Positions 1 through 10,433 of a stretch of 64,000 nt of DNA are shown piece after piece; the first letter of the stretch is position 1; each line of letters starts with the position of its first letter. The stretch comes from Desulfatiglandales bacterium (lineage in GTDB: Bacteria; Desulfobacterota; DSM-4660; Desulfatiglandales; Desulfatiglandaceae). The stretch spans positions 384,001 through 448,000 of the forward strand of contig OY759599.1 in NCBI GenBank assembly GCA_963662465.1, given 5' to 3'. The notes under the pieces were generated by a model, which did no database searches, was not told where the DNA came from, and worked only from the letters and a program-made list of their open reading frames with translations. The position numbers and the translations under genes were made by a program.

Positions 1-1482
1 CCATTGGCTGTACCAGTGTTCAGAGGTCTTGATTCGTTTCAGTATTTCCGCCAGAGCTTTTTGCTCTCCTCTCCGACCCAACGCGGAAAATGCCCTGGAT
101 GCCACAAGAGGGGAGGGGTCATCGAGAAGCCTCACCAGATCTGTGCGGGTTTCATCGCCCTGCGCAACGCCCAATGCCTTGGCCAGCCAGTAACGTTCCG
201 GGATGTAAGGGCTTTTCAGTATGCGTGGGTACGCTTCGAAGCTGGATGCATCCAGGCGTTTTTCTCGAAGCATTTTCAACGTCGCCAACCGTTCCCGTCG
301 GTTGCCGGACATGAGTGTTTCCCCCAGGTTTTCATGGTCGATGGTTTGCACCTTGCCCTGCCACAGGCAAATGAGCAGGGCAAGACCCGCTGAACAACAG
401 ATCCCGGCGGATGCCGCCGCAGCAATTTTCGGTGAAATCCATGTGCCGAGCCATAAGAATAAAAGCCAGTAGAGAAAGCTATAGAGGCTCACGGGAAATC
501 CGATTAGGAGCGACCAAAAGGTGAATTGACGAAAAAAGCGGTGTTTGTCCGTCGCCGACGAAAACGCCTTCAGAAATCGGGTTGGGTGGGTCTGGAATTC
601 ATTCCTGGGGATTCTCAGGACCACCCCGTTTCCATTGTCCATTAACAGCTCGTCACCTGCATTGATTAAAATCAGGTCCACATCTTTTTTCTCTCCCATG
701 TCGAGCCAGTCGTGGGCGAGCAGGATTTTATGCAGGCGTTTTTTGAATGGACCGCCCTCAAAAGCTTTAAGGGCGCAGGTCTTCTGAAGTTTCTGATCCA
801 GCGTTTTGAGGATTTCGGCTGGATAGAGGGTGTATTGGTAATAAAAGTTGACGATCTTTTCGCCCAGGGGGTTGGAAAGTAGAATGTGGTCCCGGATGTT
901 TAGAAACAGATGACTTTTCGCTTGTGGCGCCCACAGCATCGCTAACAGAATCACCGGTAGGAGGTGGGGCATTCCCCAATGCCGGGGTTGCTTTCCGGTT
1001 TTGGATGGCATCCAGCTGATGGCGGCCCTGAACGTCACCGGGGGGATTACGACAAAATAGAGGGTGGCGAACGGTTCAAATCCTTTCCAGTTGAGTACCG
1101 ATAGAATCCCTCCCCATAAGAAGAGAAGTGTAAGGAGGAAAATGGTGTTTCGGGAAAAAACACGTTCCCAGAGCCATGCCGCGGCCAGGGAGAGGAGGGA
1201 GATGCCCGCGCCTGTGCTCAAGGTGAAAAAAAGTCCTCCATAAACGGCGGTGGAGAAGTCTTGAAGACGGGCCATGATTTTCTGATTGGGAACCGGCAGA
1301 TATCCCCCCCCGTGAATGGCGGTAAGGGCATTGTAAAGCGACTGGTTGGCGTCATAGACCTGAAGGGAGGCGATGATCTGTGCTGCCGCGAGACCCGCAA
1401 GCATCGCAACGGCGGGCCGGCAATGGGCGCGCCATTGGGAAGCGATCGGGGAAGCGTTCTGGTAGCGAATCAATTGTTTCAT
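1..1482 (-). CDS. Membrane protein with C-terminal HEAT-like repeats (runs off window)
   Basis: Manually read frame from ATG 1482 (MKQLIRYQ...) open to base 1; several hydrophobic helices, then ERYWLAKALG...LLDDPSPLVASRAFSALG HEAT-like segment; absent from ORF track because it has no stop in the window. Confidence 0.7.
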   Translation of the reverse strand, partial: MKQLIRYQNASPIASQWRAHCRPAVAMLAGLAAAQIIASLQVYDANQSLYNALTAIHGGGYLPVPNQKIMARLQDFSTAVYGGLFFTLSTGAGISLLSLAAAWLWERVFSRNTIFLLTLLFLWGGILSVLNWKGFEPFATLYFVVIPPVTFRAAISWMPSKTGKQPRHWGMPHLLPVILLAMLWAPQAKSHLFLNIRDHILLSNPLGEKIVNFYYQYTLYPAEILKTLDQKLQKTCALKAFEGGPFKKRLHKILLAHDWLDMGEKKDVDLILINAGDELLMDNGNGVVLRIPRNEFQTHPTRFLKAFSSATDKHRFFRQFTFWSLLIGFPVSLYSFLYWLLFLWLGTWISPKIAAAASAGICCSAGLALLICLWQGKVQTIDHENLGETLMSGNRRERLATLKMLREKRLDASSFEAYPRILKSPYIPERYWLAKALGVAQGDETRTDLVRLLDDPSPLVASRAFSALGRRGEQKALAEILKRIKTSEHWYSQW

Positions 1483-1555
1483 AGGGAACGTACACAAATA
1501 CAAAGCATTTTTTCTTTTTAGCATTTTTTTCAGACCTGTTGGTTAAAATTTTTCC

Positions 1556-4108
1556 ATGCAAAATATCTGTTCTTCAATGAAACCCTTTGGCCTGCCCATT
1601 GATGCGGTCCTGGAGGATTTGAAAAGGGTGCTTGCCGAAAACCCCTGTGGGGTGCTTGAGGCCCTGCCGGGAGCCGGTAAGACCACCTGTGTTCCGCTTG
1701 CACTACGGAATGCGCCATGGCTTAAAGGTAAAAAAATGCTTGTGTTGGCCCCCCGGCGGTTGGCGGCGCGGGCCGCGGCCATGCGTATGAGCCATCTGTT
1801 GAAGGAAGCGGTGGGTCGGACGGTGGGCTACCGGGTTCGAATGGACAGCCGTGTCAGCGCTGAAACCCGCATTGAAGTGGTCACGGAAGGGGTGCTTACG
1901 CGAATGCTGCAAACTGATCCATCCCTGGAAAGGGTGGGATTGGTGATCTTTGATGAGTTTCATGAGCGCAGCCTGGATGCGGACCTGGGGTTGGTCCTGT
2001 GTCTGGACATGCAGGGGGTCCTGAACTGGGATTTAAGGCTCTTGATCATGTCCGCCACCATGGAAAAAGGTCCCGTGGCGGCCCTGTTGAACCATGCGCC
2101 GGTAATCACCTGTCCCGGATGTCTGTTTCCCGTTGAAACCCGGTATGTGGGTGAGCATACGCCAATCTGGTCCGAGGATGCCCTTTTCCGAGCGGTGCTT
2201 TCCGCTGTGCGCGAGGAAGCCGGCAGTATCCTGGTCTTTTTGCCGGGCGCCGGGGAGATTCGAAAGATGGCCCGGCGATTGACCGTAGCCCGGCTGGGAC
2301 CGGAATGGGTCATTTCTCCGCTGTTCGGCAATTTGAGTCGCGGGGATCAGGACCAGGCCATTTTGCCCCCGTCCAAGGGGAGGCGGAAAATCGTGTTGGC
2401 CACATCCATTGCCGAAACCAGTTTGACCATCGAGGGCATTCGGGTGGTGGTGGACAGCGGCCTTCAGCGGTCCCCGCGTTTCGACCCTCGAAGCGGCCTC
2501 ACCCGATTGGCGACACTTCCCGTATCCCGTGCATCGGCTGATCAGCGGCGAGGCCGCGCGGGCCGAACCGGTCCCGGCGTCTGCCTGCGCCTGTGGTCCT
2601 ATGAGATGCACGGGACATTGCCCGCGGCGCACCGGCCGGAAATTCTCGATGCCGATCTGGCGGGTCTGGCCCTGGATTTGGCCACATGGGGCGTAGATGA
2701 CCCCAAGACCCTTCATTGGCTCGATGTGCCTCCCAGAGGGGCATTTCATGGGGCCTGCGATCTGCTTCGGGAATTGGATGCCCTGGATCAGCATGGCAGG
2801 GTGACCGATCATGGCCGACGGATGGCTGATCTGCCGGTGCATCCGAGACTGGCGCATATGTTGATTGCCGCCGAATCCATAGGGCAGGGGAGGCTGGCCT
2901 GCGACGTGGCGGCGCTCCTGGGTGAACGAGATGTGGTGCGGTTTGAACCGGGTCGGCAGGATGCGGATATGGGGCTTCGGGTGGATCTCATGCGTGCCGC
3001 ACGCCAAAAAAAAACCTTTGTTGTTTCGTGGGGGACTGTAGATCAGGGCGCCGTGGGCCGCGCGATTCGCGTTTCGGATCATTTGCGTCGACGCCTCGGC
3101 GTTAAAGGCGGAAAGGGTGGTGCGGATGCCCTGGGGCGGTTATTGGCGTGGGCCTATCCGGATCGAATTGCCCAGCTTCGACCGGGTTTCAGGGGGCGAT
3201 TTTTGCTCGCCGGCGGTCGCGGGGCCTTTCTCGATTCAAATTCCCCCCTTGCCGGCGAGCCATTTTTGGTGGCGGCGGAGCTGGATGGGAAAGGTCGGGA
3301 GGCCGGAATTTATAAAGCCGCGCCCTACCGTCTGGATACCCTTATGAAACAGTTTGAAAACCGGGTTCAGTGGTCGGAATCCGTTTCGTGGAATCCGGAC
3401 CGAGGCTGCGTAAAAGCTCTGCGGAATCTGAAGCTGGGCGCCATCGTCCTGAGCAGTGAGCCCCTGCCCAATCCAGATTCCGAGCAGGTTCTAAAGGTAT
3501 TGCTTTGTGGTATTGCACAGCAGGGAATTCAGTGTCTGCCCTGGAACAAAACCCTCCGCCGATGGCAGGGGCGGGTGTGTTTTTTGCGGCGATTTCTAAC
3601 GGAAGATGAATCCTGGCCCGATGTCTCCGATGAGGGGCTTCTATTGAACCTGAATGACTGGCTGGCGCCCTATCTGGTCAAAATGGACCGAGTGAGCCAC
3701 CTGGTTCGGGTGGACCTCAAGGGGGCTCTTTTCAGCATGCTTACCTACCAACAGCACAAAGCCCTTGATGCACTGGCGCCCACCCATCTGGCGGTTCCCA
3801 GTGGTTCGCGGATTCCCATCGACTATGGAAATCCCGTGCCCGTGCTGGCCGTGCGGTTGCAGGAGATGTTCGGTCTTTCACAGACACCCGCCGTGGTCGG
3901 AGGGCGTCAGCCATTGTTGATTCACCTGCTTTCACCGGCCGGTCGCCCGGTACAGATCACCCAGGATCTGGCGGGTTTCTGGAAGACGGGCTATCTTCAG
4001 GTGAAAAAAGAACTCAAGGGCCGATACCCCAAACACTATTGGCCCGATGACCCGCTTAAGGCGAAAGCCACGGCGCGGGTTAGGCCATCTTTTCCCATTC
4101 AAAGGTGA
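1556..4108 (+). CDS. hrpB: ATP-dependent helicase HrpB
   Basis: GAGKTT, DEFHER, MSAT, QRRGRAGR motifs and HrpB C-terminus (LLSPAGRP...RYPKHYWPDDP). Confidence 0.95.
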   Translation: MQNICSSMKPFGLPIDAVLEDLKRVLAENPCGVLEALPGAGKTTCVPLALRNAPWLKGKKMLVLAPRRLAARAAAMRMSHLLKEAVGRTVGYRVRMDSRVSAETRIEVVTEGVLTRMLQTDPSLERVGLVIFDEFHERSLDADLGLVLCLDMQGVLNWDLRLLIMSATMEKGPVAALLNHAPVITCPGCLFPVETRYVGEHTPIWSEDALFRAVLSAVREEAGSILVFLPGAGEIRKMARRLTVARLGPEWVISPLFGNLSRGDQDQAILPPSKGRRKIVLATSIAETSLTIEGIRVVVDSGLQRSPRFDPRSGLTRLATLPVSRASADQRRGRAGRTGPGVCLRLWSYEMHGTLPAAHRPEILDADLAGLALDLATWGVDDPKTLHWLDVPPRGAFHGACDLLRELDALDQHGRVTDHGRRMADLPVHPRLAHMLIAAESIGQGRLACDVAALLGERDVVRFEPGRQDADMGLRVDLMRAARQKKTFVVSWGTVDQGAVGRAIRVSDHLRRRLGVKGGKGGADALGRLLAWAYPDRIAQLRPGFRGRFLLAGGRGAFLDSNSPLAGEPFLVAAELDGKGREAGIYKAAPYRLDTLMKQFENRVQWSESVSWNPDRGCVKALRNLKLGAIVLSSEPLPNPDSEQVLKVLLCGIAQQGIQCLPWNKTLRRWQGRVCFLRRFLTEDESWPDVSDEGLLLNLNDWLAPYLVKMDRVSHLVRVDLKGALFSMLTYQQHKALDALAPTHLAVPSGSRIPIDYGNPVPVLAVRLQEMFGLSQTPAVVGGRQPLLIHLLSPAGRPVQITQDLAGFWKTGYLQVKKELKGRYPKHYWPDDPLKAKATARVRPSFPIQR

Positions 4109-4265
4109 CTATGTTTCGTTCCCGGCTGCTGAATTCGATCCCGATTTCAGGGTACTCAGAAAGAGGTTTTTGCCAAAGCGGCGCGGGCGTGAGAGGAAAT
4201 AATACTTGCCTTTTGCTGTGAGGTGATGGACAAAGGGGGTCTTATCCATGTATAGAGATTCTGTT

Positions 4266-4907
4266 CTACGCAGCGCACGCTTTTCTTGAGTGGTCCGGGA
4301 GGGGAGGGCTCCGGTTGAGAATCTTGACCCCGCTTCCCGGTCCTTCCGTCACCTCGATGTGGAACAATCCTGGATTTTCATCCGACCCTCCGGGAGACAG
4401 CGCCCATATTTGCCCGGCGGGAAGCGGGTCCGTGCCGATGCTGTTCTTACTGTGAAGTTCAGGGGTGAAAATAAATTGTTCTATACCATCCGGGATCATG
4501 GTAAAGCTGAAATGGGTGTTTCGGAATTCAGCAGCGCCGATGCGTTTTTGCTGCTCTTTTACCCGCCATGCGAGTTTTGCACCCTGTTCATGGCCATAAG
4601 TATCGAGAGAACCGAGCTCCGTCCAGGCACAACCCACTTGAGATCCCGTCTCTTCCGATTCCAGGACGGAAATCCCCAGCGCAACCAACAGCTGCTTAAA
4701 TCGGTTATGGTTAAGGGCCTTTCCACCGGCTTTTTCTCTGGATTCAAATTCGGCCCCTTTCAGTGGACCCCCCAGTTTTTCAGCCAGCGGCATAAAGGCT
4801 GGTTTGGCCGTCGCCGTGATGGTGGGCAGCGCCGACCATCCATGTCCGAACGTTACCGCCAGATTGGACAAAAGGAGCCTTTCTTCCAGCATCCGGGCCA
4901 CATCCAA
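4266..4907 (-). pseudogene. Deletion fusion of a BREX PglZ fragment to a BrxL (Lon-like) fragment
   Basis: N-part ALPTITATAKPA...DTYGHEQG is PglZ-like; from ~4560 RVKEQQKRIGAAEFRNTHFS...DPLPAGQIWALSPG...IEVTEGPGSG is BrxL-like; both far shorter than full proteins. Confidence 0.65.
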
Positions 4908-4967
4908 ACCCAGCCCGTCCGTTGGACTGGATAAAAATGCAAATGGCGTCCAACTCTTTCCATTTTT

Positions 4968-5324
4968 CTAGGTCCAGAACTGCCCCTGGAATTGCAGCGC
5001 AAACAAATGCCTGGCCCCATTCGGGCACTGTTCCGCATTGCGGAAAGTAGACCGCCTGATACCCGGCAGGTAGATTACCGGCACATGGTCTCCGCTTTGA
5101 GTCTCTAACTGGTATCTCAACCACGCCGCCGGACCCGTCGCTTTGTCGGGATCATAGTCTCCCAGCGACCACAAGACGGGATGGTTCGCCCGCAGCAGAT
5201 CCAGGCATTCGATCCACAGGCGTTCCTCGTCAGGCCACAGAATGACCCGTGGAGACGCCAGTTCATGCCGGCTATACGAAGCCGCTTTCCGAATCGATTG
5301 GAGCATGGATGCAATGATGGTCAT
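4968..5324 (-). pseudogene. pglZ: 5' fragment of BREX PglZ (type B-like)
   Basis: VILWPDEERLW...LGDYDP...TGPAAWLR...PVIYLPG...LQFQGQFW resembles the PglZ N-terminus; stops after 118 aa. Confidence 0.65.
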
Positions 5325-5360
5325 AACAAGCTGTCCTTCAGTTTATTGTTTCTGGAAAAG

Positions 5361-5927
5361 GTTAAAACCCCCGCCTTTCAGGCGGGTAGCATTTTGCTAG
5401 CGGTTGGCTTATAATACTTGGCATGGAATACCGTCAAGGAAGCCACACTCGCTACAAGATTGAATATCATTTTGTTTGGGTAACCAAATACCGCTATCAC
5501 GTTTTGCAGGGTGATGTTGCCCTTAGAGTTCGGGAACTCGTGCGACAGACCTGCGAACGTTTCGAAATCCAGATAGTGCGTGGTGTGGTCAGCAAGGATC
5601 ACGTGCATATTCTCGTTTCGGCGCCACCAAATATTTCCCCTTCGGACATAATGCGAAGGGTGAAGGGAAGGGCGTCGCGAAAGATCTTTGAGGAATTCCC
5701 ACACCTGAAGAAACGATACTGGGGTAAGCATTTCTGGGCGCGGGGGTATTTCTGTGTCACATCTGGCGAGCTTACCAAGGACATGATTCAAGAGTATCTT
5801 GAGCACCATTTTGAAAAAGACCCAAACGATCGTTTCGATATCGAATAATTTACCGGCTAAAGCCGGTCTTGCTGGACTTTCAGTCCGCGCTTTTAAACCC
5901 ACCGTCTTCAAGACGGTGGTTGTTTAG
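5361..5927 (+). mobile_element. IS200/IS605-family element (tnpA only)
   Basis: Subterminal hairpins cccgcctttcaggcggg and ccaccgtcttcaagacggtgg flank tnpA; removal restores the HEPN gene end (GRETFPETIN*). Confidence 0.8.
5423..5848 (+). CDS. tnpA: IS200-family Y1 HUH transposase
   Basis: YHFVWVTKYR, DHVHIL (HUH), FWARGYF, IQEYLEH. Confidence 0.95.
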   Translation: MEYRQGSHTRYKIEYHFVWVTKYRYHVLQGDVALRVRELVRQTCERFEIQIVRGVVSKDHVHILVSAPPNISPSDIMRRVKGRASRKIFEEFPHLKKRYWGKHFWARGYFCVTSGELTKDMIQEYLEHHFEKDPNDRFDIE

Positions 5928-6339
5928 TCTCTCTTCCCAGAAGGGTTTCCATCCGTGCGATAAAACCGGTGCACTGTTCGAGGTAGGAATTGACCTCCTC
6001 TGGCTGAAATACCCGGAGAGGCTGATAATCACCTTCATGTCGGCTGTCGAAGATCCTGTTGTAAAATTTGCCCCACTCAGGTTCCACTATCCCTTCTCTG
6101 ATAAGATCCTTATGCAAAGCGGCCTTTACCCCGGTATGCTTCTTGAAAGATCGGCCGTCTTTCAATAACAAGGCCGTAAGCGCGTAGAAAGAGGCATAGT
6201 AGAGATTTCTAACGGCGGTCGTAAGTCTCCCTGATTCATATTCACTTCGCCCGGCCGCCAGCGATTCATGGGCCTTTTCCATCCAGTAAGACACAAGGAT
6301 GGATTTGTGATCCGGCTGACCGGAGTCCTTCGCTGTCAT
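5908..6339 (-). CDS. HEPN-domain protein (MNT-HEPN pair)
   Basis: YYASFYA...KKHTGV...RHEGDY; overlaps upstream MNT gene. Confidence 0.85.
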   Translation of the reverse strand: MTAKDSGQPDHKSILVSYWMEKAHESLAAGRSEYESGRLTTAVRNLYYASFYALTALLLKDGRSFKKHTGVKAALHKDLIREGIVEPEWGKFYNRIFDSRHEGDYQPLRVFQPEEVNSYLEQCTGFIARMETLLGRETKQPPS

Positions 6340-6683
6340 CGCATCGCCACCCCCTCCCTGGTGATTTCATCATGGATCGGGAGGGCGGTACAGATCCCCT
6401 CATTCCAGTCCTGAAGCGTATTGACGATGATGCTGATCACCACATCATGTTTCATCTCCACCTCAAAAAGAGCATCGACGATTGTATGTCGCTCCTTCCA
6501 ATGAAGCGGTTTTTCGGTCAACAGGAGCAAATCAATATCCGATTCCCGGTCGCTGTCGCCTCTCGCCTTTGAACCGAAAAGGATAACTTCTTTGACGGGA
6601 AAACGTGTTTTAAGAATTCGCGTCGCTTCTCTGATGGCCGCCGCTTCGTTCTCCTTTAGCTGCAATTCCTCAGAAGCTCTCAA
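6336..6683 (-). CDS. Minimal nucleotidyltransferase (MNT)
   Basis: LFGSKARGD...SDIDLL motif; likely TTG start after GAGGAGG. Confidence 0.85.
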   Translation of the reverse strand: MRASEELQLKENEAAAIREATRILKTRFPVKEVILFGSKARGDSDRESDIDLLLLTEKPLHWKERHTIVDALFEVEMKHDVVISIIVNTLQDWNEGICTALPIHDEITREGVAMR

Positions 6684-6777
6684 GCCAATCACCTCCTCAC
6701 AGTCGTTGTTAAACATGGATATACAGGATAAGCGGGATAAAAACAAATTCTGTCCATTCCTTGCATCCATGTTAATG

Positions 6778-7461
6778 TCATCCTTCCGTGATTTCACGGC
6801 GTTTTTCCTGAAGGAAACTTTCCAGTTCCTGCTTGCTGGGCAATTCAAGCTGGTATTTTGAAACGAAAAGACGATTGTCCACGTTCGTGGATAGGCCGGA
6901 TCGTTCGTAATAGAGCGTGGCGATCTGTCTTTTCAACGCCCGGACGGACCAGTTGCCTCGAATGCATTCGATCTCGTAAAAGGCCCGCTTGAGGGGGTCC
7001 TCAATGGCAAGGAGTTCAACAAGGTGCGTGAAGGAAAGCCGCTGGACCAACGTCGACGAATCTGCTCCAAATTTGGAAATCATTGATTTCCGAGTTTTCA
7101 GTACTTCACCGGATGGTTTTAAAATTCCTGGCAGAAGGCCAATGCTCGATTTGGAAATCACTGATTTCCGAATTGACGGATAGACATCAAAAAGCTGACG
7201 GCATAATCCAAGGTAGCGTCCGGTATAACATCGGTCCAAACATGCTTGCAGAGATTCCGAAAGCCTTTGAAGCAGCCGTGCTCCGTATTGCGCGCGGTCG
7301 GACCCAGCTTGTTCGTATTCTCGGATATACCCGCCGATGAGCCAGTTGCGAATCGTGAGCGTGGTGTTGACCGTGCGGTTGACCGCAGCGGCGCACTCGC
7401 TGTGCACTCGTCGCACGGCCTCCACCAGGTCGGTGAAGTCTTTTGCTGGTTTGTCGGTCAT
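6778..7461 (-). pseudogene. DUF1016/YhcG-family protein with internal deletion
   Basis: NWLIGGYI...YG...LSFTHLVELL...FYEIE...NWSVRALKRQI joined almost directly to terminal VSKYQLELPS; the PD-(D/E)XK nuclease part is missing. Confidence 0.75.
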
Positions 7462-7599
7462 GACGAAGGCTCCTTTAATGAACATGGATATACAGGATGA
7501 ACAGGATAAAATCTAGCCAAAGATATTTGAAATTTTCACTGTGCCCGAAACCTTTTTTATTATCAAATAGTTCCCAACATTCTGAGAGATATTCTCTCA

Positions 7600-7975
7600 C
7601 ATAAAATGCGTAAGAATCTACAATACTCCCGGCTTGTTTTAGTGAAAGCAGTCTTTTTGCACAAGCCAGTGATAGCGAAACCTGTAATTGGGACCGCTTG
7701 GCGGCAACGAGAGCCGCGAATGCTAAGTCGAGCAACCGCTCTCCACGAAGCCCGGCAAGGAAACCGACAAACATGGCATAGGCAGCAGAAACAGGACGAG
7801 GCTCAGGAAATTGCCGGGTCTTCTTCCTTTTGCCCGGAAAATGTCCAGGTGGTGTCCACATTTTGAGCCATGGATTTCTTCATGGCCCTGATTCCATAGA
7901 ACGCGGAACAAGGCTTTGGTGGGGTCCATGCTATAAAGTTCCACCAAATGGTGAAGGCTCTTCTTGCGACTGCTA
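7600..7975 (-). pseudogene. BrxA-like fragments
   Basis: Frameshifted pieces VELYSMDPTKALFRVLW and AAYAMFVGFLAGLRGERLL...KQAG resemble BrxA; same strand as pglZ/brxL remnants. Confidence 0.5.
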
Positions 7976-7976
7976 A

Positions 7977-9028
7977 CGGATGCGCCCTGCTTTAAATTCA
8001 GCGTACAGTTTTTCTCTTTGCTCGTGTTTGGTTTTCCCCGTAATCAACGGATAGCCCAATGTTTTTGAAATCTCTTCCAATTATGAAATATATTGTTCGA
8101 TGATCAAGATGTTGTCATCGGGATGATTGGCGATCAAATCCCCGGCAAGTTCGATTTTCAAAGGGTTTTCGACCGCGATGCGGTATCGCTGTCGTTTGGG
8201 GGCGCCGGCATAGCGGATTTCTTCCTTTCGAGGGAGCGGTATCCGGTATTCGGTGCAAATGGCTTCGGCGATGAATCCACGGTTTTCGAGGGTTTTCCAT
8301 GGCACATCGTAGCGTTTGGGACCGATCAGCGCAAATACGTCATCTTCCTTGCCGTCCTCTCGGACCAGGGTTGCGGTCAGACCCAACCGCCGTTTGGCTT
8401 GAATCGTCGTCGTGGCGCGGAACACCGGCGCCGGCAGCATGTGTACCTCGTCGTAAATGATCAACCCCCAGTTGTTGTGGGTAAAGATTTCCAGGTTTTT
8501 CATGGGCTCCAATTTATTCCGGCGATGGGTCAGCATTTGATAGGTGGTAATGGTGACCGGCTTGATCATTTTTAACTGACCGGTATATTCTCCAATGGAT
8601 TCGGGCGTCAGGGTTGTTTTGGATAACAACTCGTCTCGCCATTGATGCACGGAGACGTTGTTGGTGGCGATGATGAGGGTATGGCCTGAAATCCCGGCGG
8701 TGGTCCCGATGCCGATAATGGTTTTTCCGGACCCGCAGGGGAGTAAAATGATACCGCTGCCCCCCGTGGAACGGCCCCTTTGATAGAATGTATCGACGGC
8801 ATCCCTCTGGTAGTCCCGCAACGCAAATGCGTTGCCGTCCGTGTCAACATTTCGCAGGGCAATATCCAGATGGGCGCCCTCGACATAACCGCAAACATCC
8901 TTTACCGGATAGCCTGCCTTGATCAGCGCTTGTTTCACATTGCCCCGGTCGCCGGCATCGATCAGCCATCCGTCTTCGGCGGGTGTCGCCCAGAAGTGTT
9001 CTAATTCGGTGTTTTGCCCGATTCGATT
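7977..9028 (-). pseudogene. Partial duplicate of the XPB-like helicase gene (near-identical to 32349-33400)
   Basis: Direct ~1.05-kb match with scattered substitutions, premature stop at 8081, both ends truncated. Confidence 0.9.
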
Positions 9029-9233
9029 GCTCAGATTCAAATAGTGTAACGTTTGACCCCCAAATAACTGGCAAAATAGTGTAACGCTCATCCTCCGATA
9101 ACCCCGCCGCATTACCCCGCCGCATTATCCCGCCCAAAAAAAAGTAAAAGTTACCCCGCTTACCCCGCCGCTTTTAAAACAAAACCCGATTCAGTCTATA
9201 GTCTCTGGGTAAACCTGAACTCTGGAGACTGAA

Positions 9234-9596
9234 ATGGCTAAACATTCACTTGGCAAAAGGCCCTGTTCTATCTGCCGACAGTGGTTCCAGCCAGATGTAC
9301 ATCAGAAGGGCCGGCAGAAAACCTGCGGCAACCCCGACTGCAAGAGAGAACAGCATCGCAGGCAATGTGAAAAATGGAATAGAAGTAGAAAGAACAGGGA
9401 CTATTTCAAAACCAACTATCTTGACAAGAAAATTGAAGCTGTTCAAGAAGCGTTGCCGGATAAGCCACCCATTGCAAATAACCGGCATCCCCCCATTTTG
9501 CCCCATGAAATCATCATCAATGAATATGGTGCAAAACATTTGGTCATACTCAGATATTTGATTTTTCTTGTCATTCAGGAATGCCGAGTCCTGTGA
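9234..9596 (+). CDS. Small Cys-rich (zinc-binding) mobile-element protein
   Basis: CSIC...CGNPDC motifs, GGAG RBS. Confidence 0.6.
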   Translation: MAKHSLGKRPCSICRQWFQPDVHQKGRQKTCGNPDCKREQHRRQCEKWNRSRKNRDYFKTNYLDKKIEAVQEALPDKPPIANNRHPPILPHEIIINEYGAKHLVILRYLIFLVIQECRVL

Positions 9597-9641
9597 CCGG
9601 AGGTTCCCTGAAATCTGCGCATATCCACTCCAGCCAACCGC

Positions 9642-9810
9642 GACTAATCCCCAGACATGTTTAAGACGCATTGTTGAGTTAAGCAACTGAAATATATGTG
9701 AATACTCACCGACTAATCAAGTATTGAGTTTAAGACGCATTACAGCCATAACCCAATGAAAATAATGGAAATATCCACGGACTAATCGGATTTAGTGTTT
9801 AAGAGGCAAT
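9642..9810 (+). repeat. Three degenerate repeats with exact 69-bp period
   Basis: GACTAATC at 9642/9711/9780 and TTAAGA(C/G)GCA at 9661/9730/9799. Confidence 0.8.
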
Positions 9811-10348
9811 ATGACGGTATCCTCCCCTAAGGTATAGTGGATGGCGACAGCAGTTGTTGTCACCCACTGCCACAGAAAAAGCACTGTGGTTAACCCCACA
9901 CACGGAGAGATTGTCCATGAAAAAACGATTTTCATCCCATGAATTGTTTGAATTGAGAAACGCGATTCCTGTCAGGCGGCTGATCAGAGACGAGTTGCAA
10001 ATCCCTTCAAAAATCAGTGAAGGCGTTTTTCGTTTTCTTTGCCCCGTCTGCAATGAGTTCCAGACGGCGACGCATCCAGTCACAAACCTGGCCCGGTGCT
10101 TCAACGCTAATCAAAACTGAACCAAGTTTGCTAATGGAAATTGAACCATTGGCTGTCACCGCCGGTGAGTACGGCCCTCAGGTATAGCGGACGATGAGGG
10201 ATCCATAAGTGGCGGCAAAGGAGTCGTTGATGTAGATTTACTTTTCAATAAATTTTTATAAAATCTATTTTCTTTGGATTTGGTTTTCTTCTTCCAAGAC
10301 AGAGGCTTGGTTAAGTGGAAATGCGATTTACTTTGTAGAATGGATGGT

Positions 10349-10384
10349 GAAGGCCCGAAGTAGCCGCTTCGGGCCTTCTTTTTT
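10349..10384 (+). terminator. Intrinsic terminator-like hairpin
   Basis: GAAGGCCCGAAG-tagccg-CTTCGGGCCTTC followed by T6. Confidence 0.6.
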
Positions 10385-10433
10385 GACCACCGGATAGAGC
10401 CGGAAGCCACACACACGCCAATTTTATATAAGT

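Noticed and set aside
5361..5927. TnpB/IscB RNA-guided system with IS200
   Set aside because: Element ends ~80 bp after tnpA; no nuclease ORF
9642..9810. 69-bp array as mini-CRISPR
   Set aside because: Conserved boxes are split by variable sequence, spacers are partly similar to each other, no cas genes
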